This document shows, one piece after another, positions 27,410 through 40,049 of a DNA stretch of 64,000 bases. The notes under the pieces are model-generated. The model saw only the letters and a program-made list of their open reading frames with translations. It did no database searches and had not been told where the DNA came from. Position 1 is the first letter of the stretch; each line of letters begins with the position of its first letter. The translations under genes were made by a program, and so were the position numbers. The DNA is taken from positions 416,001 through 480,000 of the forward strand of contig CBDBCF010000002.1 of the NCBI GenBank assembly GCA_965202985.1, in the 5' to 3' direction. Source of the stretch: Longimicrobiales bacterium (GTDB taxonomy: Bacteria; Gemmatimonadota; Gemmatimonadetes; Longimicrobiales; Gaopeijiaceae).

Positions 27410-28903
27410 TCAGTAGCGCCTTCGCGCCCGGGCCACGGGGATTTGAAGTTCGGTTCGGTACTTGGCGACGGTGCGGCGCGCGACCTGCGTCCCCTCGTGC
27501 CGCAGAAGCTCCACGATCGCTTGATCGGTCAGCGGACGTCCCGGGTCTTCGCTGTCCACCAAGCTCTGGATCTTGGCCTTCACCGCGTGCGTGGACACCT
27601 CTCCGTCCTCCGAGGCGATGCCCCGCGAGAAGAAGTACCGAAGTCGGAAGACGCCGCGTGGAGTCTGAACGTACTTCTTGCTGGTCAGCCGGGATGCCGT
27701 GGACTCGGCGATGCCCACTTCCTGCGCCACCGTGCGAAGCGTGAGCGGCTGGAGAAACTCGGGCCCCCGTTCGAAGAAGTCCTGCTGCGTGTCGATGATG
27801 AAGCGCATGACGGCCAGCATGTTCTCGCGGCGCTGTTCCAGCGTGTCCAGCAGCCACTTGGCCGCGTTCATGCGGTCCAGGATGAACTTCTTGTTCTCTC
27901 CCGTGAACTTCCCCGCCTCGACGACGTCCTTGTAGGTGGGCGACACGCGGAGGCGCGGCATGCCGCGTTCGTTGGACGACACCACGTACCGTCCCTCCAC
28001 CTTCTCGACGATCAAGTCGGGGACGACGTACTGCGCCGGGGCGGCGGACATCGCGCGGCCGGGCCTGGGGTCCAGCTCTCCGATTTCGTCCTTCGCGCTC
28101 TGAAGCTGCTCCTGGGAGACCGACAGCGACTTGGAGATGTCGATCCACCTGTGGTTCGCCAGGTCGTCGAAGTGCTCCACCACAAGTCGGTACGCAAGAG
28201 ACGCTTCGCGACCCGCCCGCCGCAGCTGAATCGCCAGGCACTCGCGCAGGCTGCGGGCGCCTACGCCCGGGGGGTCCAGGCCCTGCACCACCGCGAGCGC
28301 CTCTTCCAAGATGGAGACGTCGCCCACGCCCATGCTGTCGGCCACGTCTTCCAGGGTGCACGACAGCCGTCCGTCGTCGTCCAGGTTCCCCACGATCTCC
28401 ATGGCCGCCGCCGCGATCTCGGGACGCAGGGACGACAGGGCCAGCTGGCCCTCCAGTCGATCGTACAGGTCGGGCACGACCGGCACCGCCGATTCGGCGT
28501 AGTCCATGGGCTCGTAGCCGGCGCGTGCGCCGCCGGGGTCGAAGTCGCCTCGGATGACCTCTTCCCAGTCGAACTCCGCCTCGGAATCGCCTTCCATGTC
28601 GTCCCGGTCCTCGGCGAATTCGTCTTCGGCAAAGTCGTCCTCGGCGTCGAACTCGTCCTCGCGCTCTTCCTCGTCGTCCTCTCCGGCCTCGTACTCCTCG
28701 TCGGCCTCCCACAGCTCCAGGCACGGGTTGGCGTACATTTGTTCCTGCAGGTGAACCGCCAGTTCGGCGCGGCCCATGTCGAACATCTCCATCGCCTCGT
28801 AAAGGCGGGGGTTGGTTGCGCCGGTTTGCCGGTGCTCGCCCCGGATCAGGGCTTGCGCCGACGACCTTCCCTTCCCGCTGGGCGACCCGGCCTTGATCTT
28901 CAC
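27410..28903 (-). CDS. rpoN: RNA polymerase sigma-54 factor
   Basis: DPPGVGARSLRECL, LDPRPG, YVVPD, RpoN box ARRTVAKYR; follows lptB. Confidence 0.93.
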   Translation of the reverse strand: MKIKAGSPSGKGRSSAQALIRGEHRQTGATNPRLYEAMEMFDMGRAELAVHLQEQMYANPCLELWEADEEYEAGEDDEEEREDEFDAEDDFAEDEFAEDRDDMEGDSEAEFDWEEVIRGDFDPGGARAGYEPMDYAESAVPVVPDLYDRLEGQLALSSLRPEIAAAAMEIVGNLDDDGRLSCTLEDVADSMGVGDVSILEEALAVVQGLDPPGVGARSLRECLAIQLRRAGREASLAYRLVVEHFDDLANHRWIDISKSLSVSQEQLQSAKDEIGELDPRPGRAMSAAPAQYVVPDLIVEKVEGRYVVSSNERGMPRLRVSPTYKDVVEAGKFTGENKKFILDRMNAAKWLLDTLEQRRENMLAVMRFIIDTQQDFFERGPEFLQPLTLRTVAQEVGIAESTASRLTSKKYVQTPRGVFRLRYFFSRGIASEDGEVSTHAVKAKIQSLVDSEDPGRPLTDQAIVELLRHEGTQVARRTVAKYRTELQIPVARARRRY

Positions 28904-29700
28904 TAGGGCGGCGGGAACCTGGACCGCATGCGCGCGGTGAGGGACGGACCCAAGTACAGGTTGGCGATCTCGTCGTTCCAGACGAGCTCGGGAACCGTGC
29001 CGCCGATGCGGATGCGGCCCTCGTACATGATGTAGGCGCGGTCGACGATCTCCAGCGTCTGTTCCACGTTGTGGTCGGAGATGATCACGCCGATGTCCCT
29101 CGTGCGAAGCTGGGAAACGATCTCTTGGATGTCGTTGACCGCGATGGGATCGATGCCGGCGAAGGGCTCGTCCAGCAACATGAACTTGGGTTGCTGCACC
29201 AGGGCGCGGGTGATCTCCACCCGCCGCCGCTCACCGCCGGAAAGAGAATATGCCTTCGCGTTCCGAAGGTGGGCAATGGAGAGTTCGGTCAGGAGCTCTT
29301 CCAGCCTTTGCGCCCTTTCCTTGCGGTTCAGGCCCAGAGTTTCCAGGATCGCCATGACGTTCTGGGCCACCGTCAGCTTTCGGAACACGGACGGCTCCTG
29401 GGCTAGATAGCCCACGCCCATCCTGGCTCTCTTGTACATGGGAACCGGCGTCAGCTCGGCATCGTCCAGGAAGACCCGGCCTCCGTCGGGGGCGATCAGG
29501 CCCACGAGCATGTAGAACGTGGTGGTCTTCCCCGCCCCGTTGGGCCCCAGCAGCCCCACTATCTCTCGTTGCCGAACGCGGATGTCCACGTCCGACACGA
29601 CCCGACGCTTGCGGTACACCTTGGTCAGCTGAACGCCTCGAAGCACCGCGCCGGGGTCGCTGGACGGTGCGCCGTTGGACGCGGCGGCGGGGGCGTTCAC
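28903..29700 (-). CDS. lptB: LPS export ABC transporter ATP-binding protein
   Basis: [43 protein letters not shown]. Confidence 0.95.
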   Translation of the reverse strand: MNAPAAASNGAPSSDPGAVLRGVQLTKVYRKRRVVSDVDIRVRQREIVGLLGPNGAGKTTTFYMLVGLIAPDGGRVFLDDAELTPVPMYKRARMGVGYLAQEPSVFRKLTVAQNVMAILETLGLNRKERAQRLEELLTELSIAHLRNAKAYSLSGGERRRVEITRALVQQPKFMLLDEPFAGIDPIAVNDIQEIVSQLRTRDIGVIISDHNVEQTLEIVDRAYIMYEGRIRIGGTVPELVWNDEIANLYLGPSLTARMRSRFPPP

Positions 29701-31478
29701 TTCTGCGCTTCCTGCCTGGACTTCGGCGCCGAGGCGGAATCCGGTCGGGGCGGCGCGGCCGCGGCGGAGTCTGCCGAGGGCGGTCGGGCCGGCGCGGCGG
29801 CGGAGTCTGCCGAGGGCGTGGTCGCAGTCGCGGAGTCCGGCGGCGTGCCCGACGGGAGCGGCTCGAAGTGGTAGCCTTCCGTTTGGCCCTCGACGTGCAT
29901 TCGCACCACTTCGCCCTCTTCCAGGTACATCGTGATCCGCTGTCCCAAGGCCAAGTGCACGGCCGGGGCGCCGCCCGGCTCGGCTCGGCTCGTGTCCGAA
30001 GACGGCAACCGATAGAGGCTGCGGGCGTTGCCGGCGGCTGTCAGGGATTCGAGGAGCACGCGACCCTGGGCGCCGGTTCCCGCTTGCGCGCCGGACGCGG
30101 CCGGGTCGCCGGGAGTGCCGGGACTGGCCCGTGCGAACCCGGCGACGATCGTGTCGCCCTCCATCCAATCGTTGCGTGCAACCTCGGGCGTGCTTTCGGC
30201 GTTCAGTGAGTCGTTCCCGGTGGCCACGGCCCTGGCGTCGCCCACCGCAACGACGGTCTCCAGGACCTGTTCCGGCGACGCCACGTCGATGGAGTCGGCC
30301 TCCAGCGCGAAGTCGTCCGCGAACGCCCGCGGCCGCGAGACGGAATCGGAGACCGCGGCCGTCGCCGAGTCCGCCTCCTGGTTGGCGACCGCCTGCAGCG
30401 TCTGCAGCCGCCGCGCGTCGCCGGGGCTGATGCCGGCCGTGTCGGGGCCCGGCGCCTCGGGAAGCGGAACCGCGCGCAGCGCCACCAAACGCGACAGGGC
30501 GCCCGACTGCAGGTACAGGGCGATCGCAGGGGCGCGCATGGCCACCGCCGCCCCGTCCAGGCGCGCCCCGCCCCGAGCCAGGATCGTTTCGGCACCGTCG
30601 GCGTACGGGGTCAGCGAGACGGTCTCCGCTGCCAAATCGAAGCGGCCGTCGTGGACTCGCGGCTCTCCGAACATGGACATGGCGCCCGACTGCTGGTCGT
30701 AGGACAGGGAGTCGCCCTCGGCCCGGAGGGAGTCGCGCAGGACGACAACCTCGCCATGGGCGTCAAAGAAGCGACGCCCCCGGATGCGAAAGCGCTCCGC
30801 GTCGATTTCGTAGGGCGACAAGACGACCGGCTCGTCCGGCGGGTCGGCTTCCGGCGCCTCGGTGGACGGCTCGGTCGGTTCTATGGGCTGGGCGGGTGCC
30901 TCGACTGGTTCGGCTTCGTCCGACTTGGGGGCGCTCGCGGCCGCCGTGGCGAAGACGGTAGCGTGCGGCTGCCCCCCGTAGACGAGCATCTCGTCCAGGG
31001 GCCGGAACTCCGACTGCAGGTCGTAGATCAGCTGGTCGCCCGCGACAACGGTGCCGTTGCTCCGGTACGTGACCCTGGGGCCTTCGAACGCCTGCAGCTG
31101 CCGAATGTTGTCGAAGTAGTACGCCCGCCCCGCCTCCAGCACGATCTCCGGGTCCTGGAACCGCACGTTTCCGAACAGCTGCAACGACTTGTTGGACTGG
31201 AAGCCGGCAACCGAGTCGGCCGAGACGCGAACGCCGCCGTTGCACCGGTAGTCCACGCCGCCGGAAGCGAAGTGGTTGTACATGTCGCCTCCGGCTCGGC
31301 GGCTTTGGGAGTAGCCGCCCACTCGGTGAAGCCGGCACCCGGTCTGCCCGGCCGCGGGCGAAGCCGAAGCGGCCAAGGCGAACGCCCACGCCGCCGAAGC
31401 AGCCAGCAACACGCCCAGCCGCGCCGGCGCCCGCCACCGCCACCGGCTCTCCGCCTCCGGCCTCAACGCCCCGAACAC
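29697..31478 (-). CDS. LptA/OstA-like beta-jellyroll periplasmic protein
   Basis: Signal peptide; repeated ADS..., [20 protein letters not shown] jellyroll-type segments; position between lptC and lptB; C-terminal PSADSAAA repeats; start approximate. Confidence 0.75.
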   Translation of the reverse strand: MFGALRPEAESRWRWRAPARLGVLLAASAAWAFALAASASPAAGQTGCRLHRVGGYSQSRRAGGDMYNHFASGGVDYRCNGGVRVSADSVAGFQSNKSLQLFGNVRFQDPEIVLEAGRAYYFDNIRQLQAFEGPRVTYRSNGTVVAGDQLIYDLQSEFRPLDEMLVYGGQPHATVFATAAASAPKSDEAEPVEAPAQPIEPTEPSTEAPEADPPDEPVVLSPYEIDAERFRIRGRRFFDAHGEVVVLRDSLRAEGDSLSYDQQSGAMSMFGEPRVHDGRFDLAAETVSLTPYADGAETILARGGARLDGAAVAMRAPAIALYLQSGALSRLVALRAVPLPEAPGPDTAGISPGDARRLQTLQAVANQEADSATAAVSDSVSRPRAFADDFALEADSIDVASPEQVLETVVAVGDARAVATGNDSLNAESTPEVARNDWMEGDTIVAGFARASPGTPGDPAASGAQAGTGAQGRVLLESLTAAGNARSLYRLPSSDTSRAEPGGAPAVHLALGQRITMYLEEGEVVRMHVEGQTEGYHFEPLPSGTPPDSATATTPSADSAAAPARPPSADSAAAAPPRPDSASAPKSRQEAQK

Positions 31479-32020
31479 TCGTCGGCCCTCGTGCCGCGGA
31501 TCACCAAGTTGTCGAAGGCCAAGTCGCTTCCGAATCCGTCGCCTTCCACGCGACAGCCTTGGTACAGCATGACGACGGACGAATCGCTCCAGACGGAGTC
31601 GCGTTCGATGGCGAACCAAAGCTCGGCGCTGCGCACTTCGCGGTCCTCCGAAGGGATCGACAGCACGGCGTTTCCGGTTGCCCGAAGCTCGTCGGTCGTC
31701 ATGGTGCCCATCCGTCCCTCGTCGGCCGTGATCCGCGCTCGCCGTCCCCCGCCTTGGTTGTACACCTCCAGAACCAGCCCCTTGAGGCGTGCGTGGGCGG
31801 AGTCGTCCCACATGAGGAGGGTGTCGGCCTCGAGCTTGGCCTGCATGACGCCGTCCCGCGAGAAGTAGCGCTCGACCTGCACCGTCGTGTGATCGGCGGG
31901 CGCGGCCTCGGGCTCGGCGGACGACGGCTCGCTGGGTGGCGCGGTGCAGCCGCCCGCGAACGCAAGCGCACACGCCGCCGCTGCTGCCGCCCCCCGGCGC
32001 CGGCGACCGGTCCGCGTCAC
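31463..32020 (-). CDS. lptC: LPS export periplasmic protein LptC
   Basis: AKLEADT, RITADEG, ATGNAV, SAELW, VWSDSSV, GDGFGSD; synteny after kdsD. Confidence 0.8.
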   Translation of the reverse strand: MTRTGRRRRGAAAAAACALAFAGGCTAPPSEPSSAEPEAAPADHTTVQVERYFSRDGVMQAKLEADTLLMWDDSAHARLKGLVLEVYNQGGGRRARITADEGRMGTMTTDELRATGNAVLSIPSEDREVRSAELWFAIERDSVWSDSSVVMLYQGCRVEGDGFGSDLAFDNLVIRGTRADECSGR

Positions 32021-33045
32021 ACGGCCCCCGACCGCAGCAGGTCGTGAAGGTGCACGACGCCGACCAGCCCGGCGCTCCCGTCCACCACCGGCATCGCCAT
32101 GATCCCGTGCCTCTCCATGCGCCGCACGGCTGCGGCTCCCAGCTCTCCGGGCGTGGAGGTCTTGGGCGAGCGGGTCATGAACCGCGACACCGGCGCGTCC
32201 AAAAAGTCCTCCGCGCGCTCCATGAGCCGAGTCAGGTCGCCGGCCGTCACGACGCCCTCGACCTGCCGGTCCGACCCGACGACGGGCACGGTCCCGCGCA
32301 TCCGGGCCAGCGGCACGATCACGTCCCGGGCAGGCGTCGCGGGCGGCACGGCGGGATAGTCCTGCGACTCCATGACGTCTGCCACGCGCAAGGTGAGGCG
32401 CCGTCCAAGCGAGCCGCCCGGATGGAGGCGGGCAAAGTCCTCCGCGCCGAAGCCGCGTCGGTCCAGGACGGCCACGGCAAGGGCGTCGCCCATGGCCAGC
32501 GCCGCCGTGGACGAGGTGGTCGGCGCCAAGCCCATCGGACACGCCTCCGGCCCCGCGCCGCAGTCCAGCACCGCGTCCGCCCGCCGGGCCAGGGGAGAGG
32601 CCGGGTCGCCCGCGAGCACCACCACCGGCACCCCCTTCGCCTTTGCGAAGGTCGCCAGGGCGTCCAGTTCCGCCGTGGCGCCGCTCTTCGTGACCAGGAT
32701 CATCACGTCCAAAGGGTCCACGATCCCCAGGTCGCCGTGGAGTCCCTCCACCGGATGCAGGAACACCGCCGGCGTGCCGGTAGAGGTCAGCGTGGCCGCA
32801 ACCTTCCGAGCGACCAGTCCCGACTTGCCGATCCCCGACGCCACCGCCCTGCCCCGGCACGAAGCCACCAGCTCCACCGAACGCAGGAACTGGTCGTCCA
32901 GTCGGTCGGCCAGCGCCGCCACGGCCTCCGCCTCCATCCGCAGCACGCGACGCCCTTCCTCCAGGGCCCGGGACGGCGCAGGCCTGGGCGGGGGCGCGCC
33001 CGGATCAGCCGCCGCGTTCGCGACAGTACTGGCCGACCAGCTCAT
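32017..33045 (-). CDS. kdsD: Arabinose-5-phosphate isomerase (KpsF/GutQ, SIS + CBS)
   Basis: GIGKSG, STGTPA, HGDLG, EACPMGLAPTTS, HPGGSLG, CBS pair. Confidence 0.95.
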   Translation of the reverse strand: MSWSASTVANAAADPGAPPPRPAPSRALEEGRRVLRMEAEAVAALADRLDDQFLRSVELVASCRGRAVASGIGKSGLVARKVAATLTSTGTPAVFLHPVEGLHGDLGIVDPLDVMILVTKSGATAELDALATFAKAKGVPVVVLAGDPASPLARRADAVLDCGAGPEACPMGLAPTTSSTAALAMGDALAVAVLDRRGFGAEDFARLHPGGSLGRRLTLRVADVMESQDYPAVPPATPARDVIVPLARMRGTVPVVGSDRQVEGVVTAGDLTRLMERAEDFLDAPVSRFMTRSPKTSTPGELGAAAVRRMERHGIMAMPVVDGSAGLVGVVHLHDLLRSGAV

Positions 33046-33556
33046 CCCACTGCCCCCGCGCTTTCAGCAAGGCTTCCGCGAACTCGCGAACGGCCCCGTC
33101 GCCGCCCTTGCGGCCGCTCTGCCAGACCGCTGCGGCCCGCACCTCGGGCACGCCGTTGGCCACGGTCGCCGGCAGACCCACCTTCCGCAGCACGGGAAGG
33201 TCGGCCAGATCGTCGCCCAGAAGCGCCGTTTCCGGCCAGTCCATGCCGAGGTCGGTCAAGATCTTCTCCACCCAGGGCATCTTGTGCGTGTTCCTGTCCT
33301 GATAGACGTCCGAGATTCCCAGCTCGGCAGCCCGGATGTCGGTGGCGGCCGACACTCTTCCGGACACGATGGCCACGTGCAGTCCGGCTCGCTTCATCAT
33401 GCGCACCGCGATGCCGTCCTCCACGTGAAACTTCTTGAGTTCGACGGAGCTGCCGTCGTCCGCGGCCCCGATGTAGAGACCGCCGTCGGTCATGACGCCG
33501 TCCACGTCCAGTATGACGAGGCGCACTCGCTGCGCCGTTGCTTGAGGCATCTCCAT
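33005..33556 (-). CDS. kdsC: Kdo-8-phosphate phosphatase (HAD)
   Basis: LDVDGVMTDG, GDDLAD, GGDGAVRE. Confidence 0.93.
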   Translation of the reverse strand: MEMPQATAQRVRLVILDVDGVMTDGGLYIGAADDGSSVELKKFHVEDGIAVRMMKRAGLHVAIVSGRVSAATDIRAAELGISDVYQDRNTHKMPWVEKILTDLGMDWPETALLGDDLADLPVLRKVGLPATVANGVPEVRAAAVWQSGRKGGDGAVREFAEALLKARGQWDELVGQYCRERGG

Positions 33557-33558
33557 CG

Positions 33559-36940
<3,382 letters not shown>

Positions 36941-36976
36941 CGGCATGGGGTAGTTTGGTTCGTCAAAGGCAAGCCG

Positions 36977-38029
36977 TTGAAGCAGGACAACTCGAAGGAG
37001 CCAAGCGTCACGTATCGACGATGCCTCGTGTGCGCCGCCGCGTTTCCCCGGAACGAGGACTTGACGCACTTGAGCCTGGGGCGGCGGGTCGCCTTCGATC
37101 CAGAGCGGGGCCGCCTTTGGGTCGTGTGCGGGGCGTGCCAACGATGGTCCTTGGCGCCCCTGGAGTCGCGGTGGGAGGCGCTGGACGAACTGGAACGGCT
37201 GGTCCGGGACCACGGGCGGCTCCTGTCCCAGACCGCCAACGTGGGGCTGTTGCGGGCGCGGAGCCTGGAGGTCGTTCGCGTGGGCCGGGCGCAGCTCCAG
37301 GAAGAAGCTTGGTGGCGCTACGGCCAGGAGCTGCGGCTTCGTCGGAAGCGCTATCGGAAGATGGCGGCGGTCGGAACCGTCACTGCAGCCGGCGTCGTTG
37401 CGGGCTCGTGGGCCACCGGCGGCATGAGCTTCTTCGGCGCATGGCTGGCGTGGAACTACGCCCCCAAACTGGCAACCCGAAGCGCTCGCTGGGTCCGGTT
37501 CGGTTCCGCGGCGTGGCGAGGCCGGGGCCAATGCGCGCGTTGCGGGCGTTCCCTGTCCGAGGTCCGGTTCGCTTGGCTGAACCGCTTGCTGGTAAGTCCG
37601 GGTGGGTGCGCGCCCGAGGTGACCGTGACCTGTCCGGCGTGTCGAGGGCGTCCCGGCGCCGGGATGCTGTTGTCCCGGCCGGAAGGCGCTCGCGTCTTGC
37701 GCCAAGCTCTGGCCTACCATCACTTCGCCGGCGCCCCGGCCCGGCGCGTCGAGAGTGCGGCCCGGCTGGTCGAAGTGGCCGGCGGCCCCGCCAAGCTGCC
37801 GGCGCGCATCTTGGGCGACGGGAAGACGATCCCCGACATGGGACGGACGGGTGCCGTGGCCATGGAGATCGCCGTCCACGAGGAACACGAGCGTCGCTTG
37901 CTCGAGATGGAGCTGGCGGAACTGGAGGCCCACTGGCGACGCGAAGAGGAGCTGGCCGGGATCATCGACGGCGAACTCTCCTCCGCCTCGCTCTCGGCCG
38001 ACCTGCTGCGTCGGCTCCGCTCCGGCTGA
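36977..38029 (+). CDS. Hypothetical protein with four CxxC motifs
   Basis: CLVC, CGAC, CARC, CPAC; VAFDPERGRLWVVC, EERRLLE.ELAELEAHWRREEELA; start (TTG) uncertain. Confidence 0.75.
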   Translation: MKQDNSKEPSVTYRRCLVCAAAFPRNEDLTHLSLGRRVAFDPERGRLWVVCGACQRWSLAPLESRWEALDELERLVRDHGRLLSQTANVGLLRARSLEVVRVGRAQLQEEAWWRYGQELRLRRKRYRKMAAVGTVTAAGVVAGSWATGGMSFFGAWLAWNYAPKLATRSARWVRFGSAAWRGRGQCARCGRSLSEVRFAWLNRLLVSPGGCAPEVTVTCPACRGRPGAGMLLSRPEGARVLRQALAYHHFAGAPARRVESAARLVEVAGGPAKLPARILGDGKTIPDMGRTGAVAMEIAVHEEHERRLLEMELAELEAHWRREEELAGIIDGELSSASLSADLLRRLRSG

Positions 38030-38096
38030 GAATGGCTGGCCGGGGCGTCAATCGGCGTTGGGCATGCGCCGCGCCTCCCCGCGGTCTCCGATGCGT

Positions 38097-40049
38097 TCAG
38101 CGCGGACGCAGATGCGCTTCGGCTTCCCAGATGGCGTGCCCGTCCGCTGCGATCTGGCCCGTCCTGATCCGGACGATGTCGTAGCTCGGCAACTGCACAG
38201 GGATCACGCATCCGCCGCCTTCCTTGTAGTGGTGCCGCCACGTGATCAGGCGGAAGGCATGTCGTTCGTGGCCGGCGCCGGCCGAACCGGCGGGAAGCGC
38301 TTGCGGGTCCGCCGGGTGGAAATCGACGTAGAAGCGCGTCGCGGCTTGCCCGTCGCCGCGGCGGCAGCGGCGCTTTACGTAAACGAGCTGGTTGTCGCGC
38401 AAATGCACGTCCCAGGCCGAACGGATCAGCAGTGCGCCCTTATTGTCCTCGTTCTCGCCGGGATCACGGTGACGCAGCAGTGTGCGCAGATGCGGGCCAA
38501 CCGCGTAGGCGCTCTTCTGGCGCTCAACGACGGGTCCAGTGTCCAATAGGAGAGAGTGCCCGAGGGTTTCGTAGGGCAGGAAGCCTGGCCTGGACGTCGG
38601 TCTGTACATCTGGAGTCCCATTTCCCACACGACCGTGACCGCGCCGACGGCCAGCACCGCCAACAGGGCGCGGTAGGCTGGCCGCGAACGCTCGTGCCTG
38701 TCGGGCGGCCGAGCCGCAACGGCGCGCGCCGCGTAGTGGGCGAGCACCACCAGCGCCGGGATCGTGAATCTGATGCTCCATTCGCTGAGGTCCGGTTGTC
38801 CGTACCAGTACCAGGGCGCGACCAGCAATGCGCCGACGGCGGCAACGAACGGCGGGTCCCGGACGACGCGGGGGTCGAGCCGCAGCAGCAGCGCGGCGAG
38901 CACCGCGAACTCGGCCGCGTAGAGCAGCAGGACATCGGCCGCCAGCCGAATCCGGTCGTCGTACAGCTCCCAGAGCCAGCCGCGCTCGAAGTCGACGGCG
39001 CCGCTGGTCATGTACAAAGCGATCAGCGCGGCCAGCGGCACGGCGACGAAGAAGTTCTGCCGGCTCGCTGCGCGACGAGCGTTCGGGTTCTTCGCCAGCA
39101 TCGCCGCGGCCAGCGGCAGCAGGCCCGTGGCGAGCAGCGGCGACCAGAAGAGGCAGCAGGCGAGGACCACGCCGCTCGCCTCCAAGAAGCGGCGGCGCTC
39201 GCGAAGCCGGAGCATGAGCAGCGTGGCCAAGCCCGCCGGAAGGAAGTGCTGCGGCGTAAGCGTGAGAGTCCGGTTGTACGTCTGGTACTCGAGCAGCATC
39301 GGGCTGGCCGACGTTTGCACGAAATCGAGCAGTCGGTTTCGGTTCTGTCCTTGTGGCCAGACCCAGTCCGGGTCGATCTTGTCGCGGAGCATGTGCGCGA
39401 AGTCGGGAACGCCCTGGCGCAGCATCATCTCCACTATGTCCATGCCGCTGAAGAACACCAGGACGGCGACGGCCAGCAGCGCCGCCCGCAGCGTGGGCAG
39501 GCCGCGTGCGAAGAGCAGCACGACCAGGGCCGTGCCGCACCACGTCCACAAGGGCACCGCCCAGTTGAGTGCCGCGGGTCCCAGCCACCGCCCCAGCAGA
39601 ACCGGGACCATGTGCCAGCCCAGGTAGTAGCGCAGCAACGGCGGCGGGTCGTGCAGGTAGTCGACCGGGTACGTGGGCCATCCGCCCCGGGTCAGGTCCA
39701 GAAGGGTGGCCCGGTGCGTGGACCAGTCGTCGGCAACGGTGAAGACCCCGCCTGCCGGCGTCGTGAGAACCCACGCGCCGGCCGCAAGCACCAGCACGAC
39801 CGTGGCGCGGGAAGGCCGGCGCGGGCGCCAAGAGCCCGACAGCGCCTTCCACGCGCCGGCCGCAAGCAGCGCCGTGGCGGGCACGCCCGTCCACCAGTGG
39901 AACCACCCCAGCAGCCACACCGCCACCGGCGCCAGCAGGTAGGCCATCGCCAGCCGGTGCACCAAAGGCAGCTCGCGGGACTCCGTCACCACACCGCCCG
40001 AAGCGCCGCTGAACAACTGCCGACCGTCGCCGGCGTCGCGACGAGTCAT
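38097..40049 (-). CDS. Polytopic membrane protein, putative GT-C-fold glycosyltransferase with a C-terminal soluble domain (copy 1)
   Basis: About 12 hydrophobic segments; first-loop DDW..H....DL...WP, LRYY.GWH..P, FSGMD, PQH; ATG 40049 overlaps the stop of copy 2. Confidence 0.7.
   Translation of the reverse strand: MTRRDAGDGRQLFSGASGGVVTESRELPLVHRLAMAYLLAPVAVWLLGWFHWWTGVPATALLAAGAWKALSGSWRPRRPSRATVVLVLAAGAWVLTTPAGGVFTVADDWSTHRATLLDLTRGGWPTYPVDYLHDPPPLLRYYLGWHMVPVLLGRWLGPAALNWAVPLWTWCGTALVVLLFARGLPTLRAALLAVAVLVFFSGMDIVEMMLRQGVPDFAHMLRDKIDPDWVWPQGQNRNRLLDFVQTSASPMLLEYQTYNRTLTLTPQHFLPAGLATLLMLRLRERRRFLEASGVVLACCLFWSPLLATGLLPLAAAMLAKNPNARRAASRQNFFVAVPLAALIALYMTSGAVDFERGWLWELYDDRIRLAADVLLLYAAEFAVLAALLLRLDPRVVRDPPFVAAVGALLVAPWYWYGQPDLSEWSIRFTIPALVVLAHYAARAVAARPPDRHERSRPAYRALLAVLAVGAVTVVWEMGLQMYRPTSRPGFLPYETLGHSLLLDTGPVVERQKSAYAVGPHLRTLLRHRDPGENEDNKGALLIRSAWDVHLRDNQLVYVKRRCRRGDGQAATRFYVDFHPADPQALPAGSAGAGHERHAFRLITWRHHYKEGGGCVIPVQLPSYDIVRIRTGQIAADGHAIWEAEAHLRPR

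Noticed and set aside
29740..29845. Short tandem repeats (GCGGAGTCTGCCGAGGGCG); similar repeats in the grpE N-terminus
   Set aside because: In-frame low-complexity linkers ([12 protein letters not shown]), not independent elements
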